From: an uncultured Gemmatimonadales bacterium
GTDB lineage: Bacteria; Gemmatimonadota; Gemmatimonadetes; Longimicrobiales; Longimicrobiaceae
Direction: 5' to 3'
NCBI GenBank assembly: GCA_963716255.1
Contig: OY970303.1
Span: 2,048,001 to 2,112,000 of the forward strand
DNA length: 64,000 nucleotides
In this document: positions 40,081-50,400 of the stretch, one piece after another
Layout of the letters: each line of letters opens with the position of its first letter
How positions within the stretch are numbered: position 1 is the first letter of the stretch
Made by a program: the position numbers and the translations under genes
The notes under the pieces: generated by a model
Told to the model about the DNA's origin: nothing
Databases searched by the model: none
The model's input: only the letters and a program-made list of their open reading frames with translations

Positions 40081-41313
40081 CTACGCGGCCACGAAGAGGC
40101 CGGTGGTGTACATGATCAGCAGGCCCAGGACGAGCCCGGCCACGTTCAGGGGCGCCGTGAGACCGCCCTCGGCCCGGCGCGCGAACAGGCGCCAGAGCTC
40201 GAAGACCACCTGCGCGATGGCGCCCACGCCGACCGCGAAGAACAGCGTCGTCCAGACCGGGGAGCCGCTGAAGCCCCCGATCCAGGCGCCGAGCACGGTC
40301 GGCACGCCGGCGAGCGCTCCGAGCATCGCCAGGTGCTCGAGGCGCGGATGCTCCCGGGCGATGGGCGCGACGATCCCGATCCCCTCCGTGGTGTTGTGGA
40401 GCAGGAAGCCCAGCACGAAGAAGGTGCCGAGCGCGATCTCCCCCCGGGCGTACGAGGCCCCGATCAGCAGCCCCTCGCCCAGGTTGTGGAGACCGATGCC
40501 CAGGGCGATCAGCGTCGCCACGTAGAAAGGGGAGCGCCGCCCCTTCTTCGCCTCCCGCCATCTCCCCAGCCCCGCCAGCGCCAGCGGGGTGCCGAGCGCG
40601 CCCAGGACGACCAGGCCCAGCCCCTGGAACGCGCCCGGGACCCGTCCCGACATCTCCAGCGCCTCCGCCAGGGCGTCCACGCCCAGGAAGACCAGGAGCC
40701 CCACGGTCAGGCTCAGGAAGAAGTCGAGCCACGCGCGGCCGACGTCCCGGAGAAACGGCAGCCAGAGCAGCCCCAGGAGCACCGGGATCACCCCCACGTA
40801 GATCCCCAGCAGCGCGAAGGTCGTGAGGTAGCCGGCGTCGATCCGCGGGCTCTGGACGGCGACGGCCACCTCCCCGGTGAAGGTGAGCCCGGTGCTGGTC
40901 AGCAGCTTGACCTGGTGCGGCTCTCCCTGCACCCAGGGGTAGGGGATGGTGAGCGTCCGGCTCTCCAGCCGCCCGATGGTGCGGGCGCCGTCGAGGGTGT
41001 GCGCCCAGGAGGCTTCGTCCACCTGCACCTGGGCGATGGTCACCGGGGCGGGGCCGCCGTTGGTGACCCGCACGCGCATCTCTCCCGGCCTCGGGAGCGT
41101 GATCCGCTCCACGGTCAGCTCCTCCACCGGCGGGAAGGCCTTGTGGAGCACGCCGACGGGGCCGAAGCGCAGGAAGACGAGCAGGAGCACCGCCAGCAGG
41201 GCCAGAGGCGCCAGCCCCTCCAGCCAGATCGCGCGGGAGCCCCGCGGGACCGGCCCGGGGGGTGGCGCGACGCGGACGGGCCTGCGCGCGGCCGCGGGGG
41301 CGTTCTCAGGCAT
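40081..41313 (-). CDS. ZIP family metal transporter with an N-terminal soluble domain
   Basis: GLHNLGEG and LHNTTEG metal-site motifs. Confidence 0.9.
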   Translation of the reverse strand: MPENAPAAARRPVRVAPPPGPVPRGSRAIWLEGLAPLALLAVLLLVFLRFGPVGVLHKAFPPVEELTVERITLPRPGEMRVRVTNGGPAPVTIAQVQVDEASWAHTLDGARTIGRLESRTLTIPYPWVQGEPHQVKLLTSTGLTFTGEVAVAVQSPRIDAGYLTTFALLGIYVGVIPVLLGLLWLPFLRDVGRAWLDFFLSLTVGLLVFLGVDALAEALEMSGRVPGAFQGLGLVVLGALGTPLALAGLGRWREAKKGRRSPFYVATLIALGIGLHNLGEGLLIGASYARGEIALGTFFVLGFLLHNTTEGIGIVAPIAREHPRLEHLAMLGALAGVPTVLGAWIGGFSGSPVWTTLFFAVGVGAIAQVVFELWRLFARRAEGGLTAPLNVAGLVLGLLIMYTTGLFVAA

Positions 41314-42469
41314 GGGCTCCCTCCTTCACGTCGAAGATGCCCACCCAGCCCAGCTCGGCGAATTCGCTCTGGTGCGCGTGGAACATGTACTGCCCGGGAT
41401 ACTTGAAGCTGAACTCCAGGACGGCCCTCTCCCCCTGGCAGAGCATGACGATGTCGGTCAGCTCGGAGCGCTCCAGGTCCGTCCCGGTCCGGTACAGGCG
41501 GAACATGTTCCCGTGGAGGTGGAACGAGTTGATCAGGTCGAACTCGGTCACGTTCACCAGGTAGACGCGCACCAGCTCGCCCAGCCGGACGGGGATGGGG
41601 TGCTTCTGGTAGTGGAAGGCCACGGTGTTCACCGAGTAGACCTCGTTCTCGCCGTCGAAGTTGGTGTCGAACGCGTTCATCACCATCACCAGCTCCCTCG
41701 CGGGCGGGCGGCCCTGCTTGGGGTCCACGATGAACACGCCGTAGAGCCCCTTGTGGAGGTGCCGCTTCAGCGGCACCGCGTGGCAGTGGTAGAGGTGAAG
41801 CCCGAAGGGCTCCGCGTCGAACTCGTAGGTGAAGGTCCCCCCGGGCTGCACGATCTCGAAGGCCCCGTCCATGCCGGCCGGGTGCACCCCGTGGAAGTGT
41901 ATCGTGTGCGGGTGGCTGCCGCCGTTGACGAAGCTCACCCGCAGGCGGTCGCCCTCGGTGCAGCGGAGAGTGGGGCCGGGGACCTCGCCGTTGTACGTCC
42001 ACGCGGGGAAGAACACCCCCGGCGCGACCTCGATCTCCTTTTCCGTCACGAAGCACCGGTACTCGCGCAGCACCTGCCCGGAGGGGAGCCGGGAGACCCG
42101 CCCGCCCTCGAACCGGGTGAGGAACGCGGACGGGCTGAACCCGTCGGGCCGGACGTCGCCCACGGCCATCATATCGTCGTGGGAGCCATGCATCCCGTGC
42201 GGGCGGTCGGACGGGCGTGGCCCCACCCCGGGCGAGGCGTCCCCATGCGCCTGCGAGGCGAGCCCGAGCGTGCTTCCCGCCGCCGCCAGTCCCACCACCC
42301 CGACCGCTCCCGCCCTGAGGAGGTCGCGGCGGCTCAGGCGCACGCCTCGGGAGCCAGGGCGCTCGTGAACGCCCTCGTCCGCCGCGGCGGCCGTCACGCC
42401 CCGCGAACCGTCCGTCCCGGCCGGAGCAGGATCCGCCGGCACCGCTCCGTCCCGACTCGACTTGCTCAT
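41306..42469 (-). CDS. Tat-exported two-domain multicopper oxidase
   Basis: SRRDLL; HTIHFHG, YHCH...H, FHLHG, FHAH. Confidence 0.9.
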   Translation of the reverse strand: MSKSSRDGAVPADPAPAGTDGSRGVTAAAADEGVHERPGSRGVRLSRRDLLRAGAVGVVGLAAAGSTLGLASQAHGDASPGVGPRPSDRPHGMHGSHDDMMAVGDVRPDGFSPSAFLTRFEGGRVSRLPSGQVLREYRCFVTEKEIEVAPGVFFPAWTYNGEVPGPTLRCTEGDRLRVSFVNGGSHPHTIHFHGVHPAGMDGAFEIVQPGGTFTYEFDAEPFGLHLYHCHAVPLKRHLHKGLYGVFIVDPKQGRPPARELVMVMNAFDTNFDGENEVYSVNTVAFHYQKHPIPVRLGELVRVYLVNVTEFDLINSFHLHGNMFRLYRTGTDLERSELTDIVMLCQGERAVLEFSFKYPGQYMFHAHQSEFAELGWVGIFDVKEGAHA

Positions 42470-42590
42470 CTCTCGCCTTCCCCCGGCCCTGCCCGGGGAG
42501 GTGGATCGCCGGACGCCATCACCATCCCTGCCGGATCAGGCATCCTCCGCGAACAGGACTGCCGTTGCGTTTAGCGTGCACGCAACCAAA

Positions 42591-42628
42591 TTTTAAACTA
42601 GTCTAAAACGTGTTTGCGGCAGATGCAA
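42591..42628 (-). promoter_or_regulatory. Sigma70 promoter with a DtxR/MntR-like palindrome over the -10
   Basis: TTGCAT-17-TAGACT; TTTTAAACTAGTCTAAAA (42591..42608), one mismatched pair. Confidence 0.7.
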
Positions 42629-42716
42629 GCTTTTCGTGTCGCGGTTGTGCAGAGCACGCGGTTCGGACCCTTCTCAGTTGCCGTTCTCGCAGTACCCACA
42701 TGAATCTGTTCGGAGG

Positions 42717-42792
42717 GAGACCCGCCGGCAGTTTGGCGGGGCTCACTCCGGCGCAGGGAGACTCGCCGGCCGTTTGGCGAGGCTCCCGGAGC
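42717..42792. repeat. Two tandem hairpins homologous to one arm of module A
   Basis: GAGACCCGCCGGCAGTTTGGCGGGGCTC and GAGACTCGCCGGCCGTTTGGCGAGGCTC versus GAGACCCGCGGGCAGTTTCGCGGGGCTC. Confidence 0.75.
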
Positions 42793-42852
42793 CCGCGCAG
42801 GAGACGGTCGGCAGTATCGTCCGGCTCCGGAGCGGCCCCGCCAGGCCACACA

Positions 42853-42881
42853 TTGCCGACCACATCGCAAAACCCTACCAT
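42853..42881 (+). promoter_or_regulatory. Sigma70-like promoter
   Basis: TTGCCG-17-TACCAT. Confidence 0.55.
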
Positions 42882-42925
42882 CCCCGGTCCCCCAAGCAGA
42901 CCGGAAGACCCCACCCGGGAGATCC

Positions 42926-45751
42926 ATGCAGCGACTCCGCACCCCGTCCGCCCTCCTCGTCGCCGCCGTGCTCGCGGCCGCGCCCGCCCCCGCCCAGGAC
43001 CTTCCGCGTGTCCCGGAGCGCGGAGGCTGCCGCGGGGAGATGGCGGCCCGCCTGGCCTTCGGGATGTGCCCGGACAGCACCTACGACTTCTACGCCGCGG
43101 GCGCCTACCGCGAGGGCGTCCCCCGGCCGGAGCAGGTGCTGGGCTACCCCGTGGGCAGCTGGCACACCACCTACGGCCGCATGGAGCGCTACCTGGACGC
43201 GCTCGCCCGCGCGGTCCCCGGGCGCGTGAAGGTGATGCCGTACGGGCGGAGCGTGGAGCACCAGACCATGTACCTGGTGGCCGTCTCCGGCGAGGCGAAC
43301 ATCGCCCGCCTGGACGCGGTGCGCGCCGACCTGCAGGCGCTGGCGGACCCGCGCCGCACCGGCGCGGCGGAGGCGGCGGAGATCGCCCGGCGCACCCCCA
43401 TCGGGGTGTGGATCAATTCCGCCAACGACGGCAACGAGACGGCGGCGTTCGAGGCGGCCATCCAGCTCGCCTACCAGCTCGCCGCGGGCGAGGACGACCG
43501 CACGCGGGCCATGCGCGACGGGGCGCTGGTGCTCATCAACCTGGCGCACAACCCGGAGAGCCACGAGCGGCACGTGGCCTGGTACAACGCCTTCGTCACG
43601 GGCGACGCGGACCCGGCCGCGCTGGAGCACCGCGCGCCCTGGGGGATGAGCACCAACAACAACCACTACCAGTTCGACCTCAACCGCGACGCCCTGGGGC
43701 TGGTGCAGACCGAGTCGCGCGCGGTGGCGGCGGAGCTGCAGCGCTGGCGCCCGCAGGTGTTCGCGGACCTGCACGGGCAGACGACGCAGTACTTCTTCCC
43801 CCCCGCCGCGGACCCGGTGAACCCCTTTCTCCCGCCGCAGACGGAGAAGTGGCTGGAGGTCTTCGGGCGGGGGAACGCGGCGGCCTTCGACCGGCAGGGG
43901 TGGAGCTACTTCACCCGCGACGTCTTCGACCTGCACTACCCCGGCTACTGGGACTCGTATCCCGCCTTCCAGGGCGCCACGGGGATGACGTACGAGACGG
44001 ACGGCGGCGGGAGCCGGGGGGTGCGCTGGCGGCGAGACGACGGCACCATCCTCACCTTCGCGGACGGGATCGCCGGGCACTTCGTGGCCTCGCTCGCCAC
44101 CATCGAGACCGCGGTGCGAAACCGGGAGGCGCGGATGCGCGACTTCCACGACTTCTTCGCCTCGGCGGTGGCGGAGGGGGAGCGCGGGCGGCTGCGCACG
44201 GTGGTGCTCCCCCCCGGCCGCGACCCGCGCCTGGCAGCCAGGCTGGCGACCACCCTGCTCCGCCACGGGGTGGAGGTGCGCCGCGTCACCGCGGGCGGGC
44301 GGGTGGCCGGCACCGACTACGCCACCGGCGAGCGCGCGAGCCGCGAGGTGCCGGCCGGGTCGTACCTGGTGGACCTCGCCCAGCCCATGGGCCGCCTGGC
44401 GCGCGTCCTCCTGGCGCCGGAGACTCCGCTGCCGGCCAGCTTCACCCGGCAGGAGAACGAGCGGCGCGCCCGCAACGCCCGCCGCGCGGAGGGCGAGCAG
44501 GAGGGGTACGCCTTCTACGACGTGACGGCCTGGAACCTTCCCATGGCCCACGGCGCCGCCGGCTTCTGGACCGGCGACCGGGTGGGGCTGGCCTCGGAGC
44601 CGCTGCGGCTGGGCGAGGAAGCGATGAAGGCGCCCGGCGGCTGGGAGGGGGAGACGGGGTGGGAGGTCCCCGGCGGCGTCGCGGGGCGGGCGGCAAGCGC
44701 CTACGCCTGGGCGGCGGGAACGCACGGGGCCACGCGCCTCCTCGCGCGGCTGATGGACGAGGGCTTCAACGTGGCCGTGGCCGCGCGCGACCTGGTGGTG
44801 GACGGCGAGGACTTTCCCCGCGGCACCTTCGTGGCCCGCGTGGACCGCAACCGCCCCGAACTGCACGCCCGCGTGGACGCGCTGGCGCGCGAGGCCGGGG
44901 TGCGGGTGGCCGCGTCGCAGAGCGCCTTCCAGGAGCGCGGGGCGGTGGGAACCGGCTCGGGATCGGTGCGGACGCTGCGGGCGCCGCGCGTCGCGGTGCT
45001 CGCCGGCGAGGGGGTGGACCCCACCTCCTACGGGGCGCTCTGGTTCCACCTGGAGCGCCGCATCGCGCAGCCGTTCACCCCGGTGCGCGCCTCCGACCTG
45101 GCCACGCTGCATCTGGACGGCTTCAACGTGCTGGTGCTCCCCGACGGGAGCTACGGCGCCACGGTGGGCAGGGCGGGCGCCGACCGCGTCCGCGACTGGG
45201 TTCGCCGCGGCGGCGAGGCGATCGGCTACGCCGGCGGCGCCGCCTTCCTGGCGGAGCAGGGGCTGGCGGGCGGCGAGGACGCGGAGCCGGCGCGCCCTTC
45301 CGCCGACTCGCTGGAGGCGGCCGCGCGGCGGGTGGAGGCGCTCGCCCCCGGCGCCGAGCTGCCGCCCGCGCGCAGCCCGCGGGCCCGCCCGGACGCGCCC
45401 ATCCCGGTCCCCGGCGCCTTCCTCCGCGGGCGCCTGGACCGCACCCACTGGCTCACCTTCGGCTACGACCGCGCCGAGCTGCCGCTGCTGGTGCAGGGGC
45501 CGCCGCTGCGCCTTTCCGCCTCGGGGGCCACGCCGGTGGTGTACGCGGCGGGGGACCGGCTGGTGATGAGCGGGCACACCTGGGGCGACAACACCCGCGC
45601 CGCCTACGCCGGCCGCGCCTTCGCCACCGTGGACGACCTGGGCTCGGGCCGTGTGGTGCTCCTGGCCGAGGACCCCCTCTTCCGCGGCGTGTTCGACGCC
45701 CCCGCCCTGCTGCTGACCAACGCCATCTACCTCGGCGCGCGCGGTCGGTAG
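42926..45751 (+). CDS. M14-family zinc carboxypeptidase-like protein with a C-terminal GATase-like domain
   Basis: Signal peptide; YGRSVE, GNE, DLNRD, DLH, YPGY, YDVTAWNLP, LVLPDG. Confidence 0.85.
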   Translation: MQRLRTPSALLVAAVLAAAPAPAQDLPRVPERGGCRGEMAARLAFGMCPDSTYDFYAAGAYREGVPRPEQVLGYPVGSWHTTYGRMERYLDALARAVPGRVKVMPYGRSVEHQTMYLVAVSGEANIARLDAVRADLQALADPRRTGAAEAAEIARRTPIGVWINSANDGNETAAFEAAIQLAYQLAAGEDDRTRAMRDGALVLINLAHNPESHERHVAWYNAFVTGDADPAALEHRAPWGMSTNNNHYQFDLNRDALGLVQTESRAVAAELQRWRPQVFADLHGQTTQYFFPPAADPVNPFLPPQTEKWLEVFGRGNAAAFDRQGWSYFTRDVFDLHYPGYWDSYPAFQGATGMTYETDGGGSRGVRWRRDDGTILTFADGIAGHFVASLATIETAVRNREARMRDFHDFFASAVAEGERGRLRTVVLPPGRDPRLAARLATTLLRHGVEVRRVTAGGRVAGTDYATGERASREVPAGSYLVDLAQPMGRLARVLLAPETPLPASFTRQENERRARNARRAEGEQEGYAFYDVTAWNLPMAHGAAGFWTGDRVGLASEPLRLGEEAMKAPGGWEGETGWEVPGGVAGRAASAYAWAAGTHGATRLLARLMDEGFNVAVAARDLVVDGEDFPRGTFVARVDRNRPELHARVDALAREAGVRVAASQSAFQERGAVGTGSGSVRTLRAPRVAVLAGEGVDPTSYGALWFHLERRIAQPFTPVRASDLATLHLDGFNVLVLPDGSYGATVGRAGADRVRDWVRRGGEAIGYAGGAAFLAEQGLAGGEDAEPARPSADSLEAAARRVEALAPGAELPPARSPRARPDAPIPVPGAFLRGRLDRTHWLTFGYDRAELPLLVQGPPLRLSASGATPVVYAAGDRLVMSGHTWGDNTRAAYAGRAFATVDDLGSGRVVLLAEDPLFRGVFDAPALLLTNAIYLGARGR

Positions 45752-45774
45752 CGCAGCGGAGCCGGGCCGACAAC

Positions 45775-45808
45775 GCAAAGGGGCCCCTCTCACGAGGGGC
45801 CCCTTTGC
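45775..45808. terminator. Bidirectional terminator
   Basis: GCAAAGGGGCCCCTC / GAGGGGCCCCTTTGC between convergent genes. Confidence 0.8.
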
Positions 45809-45820
45809 CGTTCCGATTCT

Positions 45821-45948
45821 GCGTGAGGGATTTCGGCCCGAAGGGGCGAGACCCCGCGCAGTTTGCGGGGGCTCGACTCCGTTAGCGAGCGTTGTTTGCT
45901 CGCTTACGGAGCCGAAGCCCGACCCCGGCGCCAGCCGGGGGCACGCCC
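45821..45948 (-). repeat. Module A, copy 5
   Basis: Variant stem AGCGAGC/GCTCGCT. Confidence 0.95.
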
Positions 45949-45970
45949 AGACCCTGCCCTTCTACCAGGA

Positions 45971-47440
45971 TCAGGCGTCGCGGTTCTGGCACTGCGTGAA
46001 GTTGGGGTTGTTCTGCTCGTCGATCGGGAGCGGGAAGTTCACGTCGGTCCCGTGGGTGCCGAACGCGACCTCGCCCGTGAACGCCCCGGTCCCGGTGTTG
46101 CGCCCCGGCCGGGTGTACTGCCCCGTCGGGAACACCGTGTTCGCCGCGCGGCCGTACTGCCGCACCAGGCGGCGCATGGCCGGGAGCCGCTGCGACATCC
46201 CGAAGGTCCAGAACGCCCGCTCCGCGAAGAACTGGTTGACGCGGGCGGCCGGCGTACCCGGGTCGGTGAGCGCCGCGAGCGGCCCCGCCGCCGCGGACAC
46301 GTTGGCCTGGAACCGGCCCAGCAGCGCCGTGGTGCCGGCGCGCAGCGAGTTGAGGGAGTCCACGTACTGCGCGGCGGCGCCGCGGTTGAGCACCGCCTCG
46401 GCGCGGATCAGCGTCGCCTCCACGCCGGAGGCGAGCACGTTCGCCGAACCGCGCGTGGGAAAGCGCTGCTGCGTCCAGTGGTAGATGCGCGGGTCCGCGC
46501 CGCCCGCGGTGCTGACGCTCCAGGGGGTGCGCGGGTCCTGCCCGGCGGTCGCCGTGCCCTGCCGGAACGCGAGCCCGTTGCCGCCCTGGCCGGAGGCGAT
46601 CCCGTACTCCCGGCGCACGATGGTGAGCCCGTTGATGCCGTTGTTCTGGCGGGTGGTGTTTTCCGAGTGCTCGATCAGGTACACGAAGTCCCGCGGCACC
46701 CCGGCGACCGCAGTCGCGGCGTCCGCGTACCGGTTCTGGTTGAGCAGCACGCGCCCCTTGCCCACGCGGGCCAGGTTGGCCTGCGCCACGGCCGCCGCCC
46801 CGGTCCCCGCCGCGCTCGCGATGGCGAGCCCCTGGTCGAAGTACGCGGACGCCTTGGCGAGCATCTCGGCGGTGCTGAGCGGCATCCCCGGCACCAGCGC
46901 GCCGCTCGCGTCCTGCGTGCTGAACGGAACGCCGGAGCAGTACGCCTCGGCGATCAGCAGGTAGGCGTAGCCCGCCAGGTTGGCCATCTCTGCGTGACCC
47001 GCCGTGTTCTTGAGCTCGCTGGCCTCGAACGCCCCCACCGCGAACTCGGCGCTGCGGCGGGCCCGCTGCATCCCCCGGAACGCGTTGGTGGTGGCCGTGT
47101 TGCTTTCCGGCACCGTGCGCAGGTCCAGCTCGCGGTTCTGCTGGAAGGTCCCCGCGTGGTAGAACTCGTCGGTGAACAGCCCGGTGGCGATGGTCAGCCC
47201 CTCGGTCTGGCCGGCGCCGCCGTACCCGACCTGGAAGTCGGCGATCACGCTGCCGCGGAGCGCCGCCAGGTTGGAGGGGTCCTGGAGCGTCTCCGGCAGG
47301 GTGACGTCCGGGTCCTCCACGTCCAGCACGCCGTCGATGTCGCACGCCGCGAGCGGGAACACGAGCGCGGCGCAGGCGAGGCGGAGGGAGGGGCCGAAGC
47401 CCCTCCGCACCCGTCCGCGGAGATTGTATGGATGCTTCAT
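45971..47440 (-). CDS. RagB/SusD-like lipoprotein
   Basis: LAAC lipobox; AEA, ERAFW..QRL..MRRL, E.NNPN. Confidence 0.88.
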   Translation of the reverse strand: MKHPYNLRGRVRRGFGPSLRLACAALVFPLAACDIDGVLDVEDPDVTLPETLQDPSNLAALRGSVIADFQVGYGGAGQTEGLTIATGLFTDEFYHAGTFQQNRELDLRTVPESNTATTNAFRGMQRARRSAEFAVGAFEASELKNTAGHAEMANLAGYAYLLIAEAYCSGVPFSTQDASGALVPGMPLSTAEMLAKASAYFDQGLAIASAAGTGAAAVAQANLARVGKGRVLLNQNRYADAATAVAGVPRDFVYLIEHSENTTRQNNGINGLTIVRREYGIASGQGGNGLAFRQGTATAGQDPRTPWSVSTAGGADPRIYHWTQQRFPTRGSANVLASGVEATLIRAEAVLNRGAAAQYVDSLNSLRAGTTALLGRFQANVSAAAGPLAALTDPGTPAARVNQFFAERAFWTFGMSQRLPAMRRLVRQYGRAANTVFPTGQYTRPGRNTGTGAFTGEVAFGTHGTDVNFPLPIDEQNNPNFTQCQNRDA

Positions 47441-47454
47441 CGGTCCTCCGTCGC

Positions 47455-50400
47455 TCAGAAGTTCACGTCGACGCGCGCCGTGTAGTAGCGGAGCGGCGGC
47501 TGGGTGTAGTACTCGTAGTTCGAGAAGCCGCCGTTCCCGGAGAAGATGCCGTAGCCGTTCAGCTCCGGGTCGAAGCCCGTGTAATCGGTCCACGTCTTCA
47601 GGTTCCGGCCGGAGACCGTCAGCCGCAGCCCCGAGCCACCGAACCGCTGGGCGAAGCGCTCGGGGAGCATCAGGCTCACCGACAGCTCGCGCAGCTTGAC
47701 GAAGTCGGCGTCCTCGTGGAACACGTACGTGTTGACGTTCGGCTCCAGGTAGTTGTAGGCGATGAAGCCCGCCTGGTCGCGGAGCGAGGCGGCGTCGGGG
47801 TTGAACACCGACTCGCACAGCGCCTCCCACGCGCACCGGTCGAAGCGCGTGAAGTTGAGCTGCTTGTGCCCGCCCTTGTAGTCCAGCAGCCCCGACACCT
47901 TCACCAGGTTGAACAGGGTGAAGTTGGTGGTGAAGGACGCCTCGCGGGTGGGGAGCGGCGTGCCGATGTACTCCAGCGAGTCGCCCAGCATGACCTCGCA
48001 CCCGGCCTGCCCGTACTCGGCGCCGTCCAGGCAGGCCAGCGCCTGCAGGAGCCCGTCGCCGTTGAGGTCCTGGTACTCCACCCGGCGCTGCCAGTACCCG
48101 CCCAGCGAGTAGCCGGGGAGGTGGCGCTGCGTCGTGCGGCCCGGGCCGGTGACGTAGATGGGGTCGATCCCCTCGCCCAGCGTCAGCAGCTCGTTCTTGT
48201 TGGTGGAGCCGGTGAGGGTGAAGTCCCACTCGAAGTTGGGTCGGTCCAGCACGTTGGCGTTCAGCGACGCCTCGAAGCCGGAGTTCCGCACCTCGCCGAT
48301 GTTGTCGAAGCGGTTCGTCGTCAGGCCGAACGACGACGGGATCGGCACGCGCACCAGCGCGTCCTTGGAGGTCTTGTTGTAGTACGTCAGCTCGAGGCCC
48401 AGGCGGTCCTCCAGGAACCCGCTCTCGAAGCCCACCTCGATCTCGCTGGCGATCTCCGGGCGCAGCCTCTCGTTGCCCGTGCCGCCGACGTTGGTGCCGC
48501 CGGTCGCCAGCGCCACCGCCGGGATCTCCGAGCCGCCCGTCCGCACCGACACCGGCGCGAAGTAGGTGATGGCGTCGCGGAAGCTGGGCCGCAGCCCCGA
48601 GCGGCCGTAGGCCGCGCGCAGCCGCAGGTTGCTGAGGACGTCCACCTGCGGGAAGAACGGCTCCTCCGAGACCACCCAGGAGGCGCTCACCGACGGGTAG
48701 GTGATGAAGCCCGCCTCGTCGCCGAACGCGCTGTTCTCGTCGCCGCGGATGGCGGCGGTGAGGTACAGGCGGTCGTTCCAGGCGAACTGCTGCTGCACGT
48801 AGGCGCCCAGCGTGATGTTGTCCGTGGTGTTCTCGCTCACCGAAAACAGGCGCGAGGTCCCCTGCAGCGACTTGGTGCCCGGGGCCAGGCCGACGCCGTA
48901 CGCGCGGTTGTCGCGGTACAGCTCACGGTGGTACTGGGTGCCCACGGAGGTGGTGGAGGACAGGTTAGCCATGAGCGGGAAGGTCGCAGTCCCGTCCACC
49001 GTGCCGGTGAAGTTGCTCACCTGCACGCGGTTGGAGCGGCGCCACCCGAACGGGGCGTTGGCGCTGAAGCTGTTGAACACCCGGTTGGGCTCCACCAGCT
49101 CGTAGTCGTGCCGGTTCACTTGGTCCAGGCCGCCGGTCGCCACCAGGCTCAGCCAGCCGACCGGGCGGAAGTCGGCGTTCACGGAGCCGGTGACGCGGTT
49201 GGACTCCTGCCCGTAGTTGAACTCCATCATCTCGTCCGGCGGGACCGCGTAGTACCCCTGGTTCACGGTGGAGTCGGAACTCCCGAGCAGCCCGTTCAGC
49301 ATGAAGCCGTTGAGCGAGTTGTCGTTGTCCGGGAACGACATCCCCGTGTTCACGTAGCCCGTCTTCACCGAAAGGTTGAGCTTGTCGGTGGGGCGGGTGG
49401 TGAGGTTGGCGCGGAAGCTCGCCTGGTCCAGCTTGTTGAGGTCGATCACCCCCTGCTCGTCCTGCACTTCGCCCGCCACGTAGTAGGTGGTGGACTCGCT
49501 CCCGCCGCTCACGCTCAGGCCGTACTGGTTGCGGAAGCCGTCGCGGAGCACGGTGGTGGAGGGGTCCTCCAGCGGGCTGAACGACTTGACCCCGGTGATG
49601 GTGCAGAGGCCCTCGGCCACGTAGAAGGTGCGGCACTGGTCGCTGAGCGCCGCCACCCGGTCGGCGCTGAAGCTCGCCGGGTACTCGGTGACGTCGCGGA
49701 GCTCGCTGCGCTCGACGTTGAGGCTCCAGCGGGGGCGCCCGGCGCGGCCGCGCTTGGTGGTGATCTGGATCACCCCGTTGGCGGCGGCGGTGCCGTACAG
49801 GGCGGCGGCCGCGGGCCCCTTGAGGATCTCGACGTTCTCGATGTCCTCGGGGTTGATGTCGTTGAGCCGCGAGGGGCTCTGCCAGGTTGCGATGTTGGTG
49901 AAGTTGTCGGTGAGGGTGGCGCGGACGCCGTCGATCACCAGGAGCGGCTCGTTGGAGAGCGACACGCTGTTCGCCCCGCGGATGCGGATGCGCTGCGCGG
50001 AGCCCGCCGTGCCGCTGTACTGCGTCACCGTCACCCCGGGCGAGCGGCCCTGGAGGAGGTTGGTGGTGGTGGGCACCGACGCCAGCTCCACGTCCTGCGC
50101 GCTGATGGTGCCGATGGCGTTCCCCAGCTCGCGCTGCCGCTGCTCACGGCCGGAGGCGGTGACGACCAGGCCGCCGATCTCCAGCGCCGAGGAGCTGAGG
50201 GTGAAGTCGGCAGTCGCCGTCGCGCCGGCGGCGACCGCCACCGTCTGCACGCGGGTGTCGTACCCGATGCGCGTGGCGCTGACCTGCACCGAGCCGGTGC
50301 GCACGCCGGGGATGCGGTAGCTGCCGTCCTGCCCGGTGACGGTCCGGCTGGGCCCGTTCACCACGATGACCTGCGCGCCCGCGATGGGCTGCTGCTGCGA

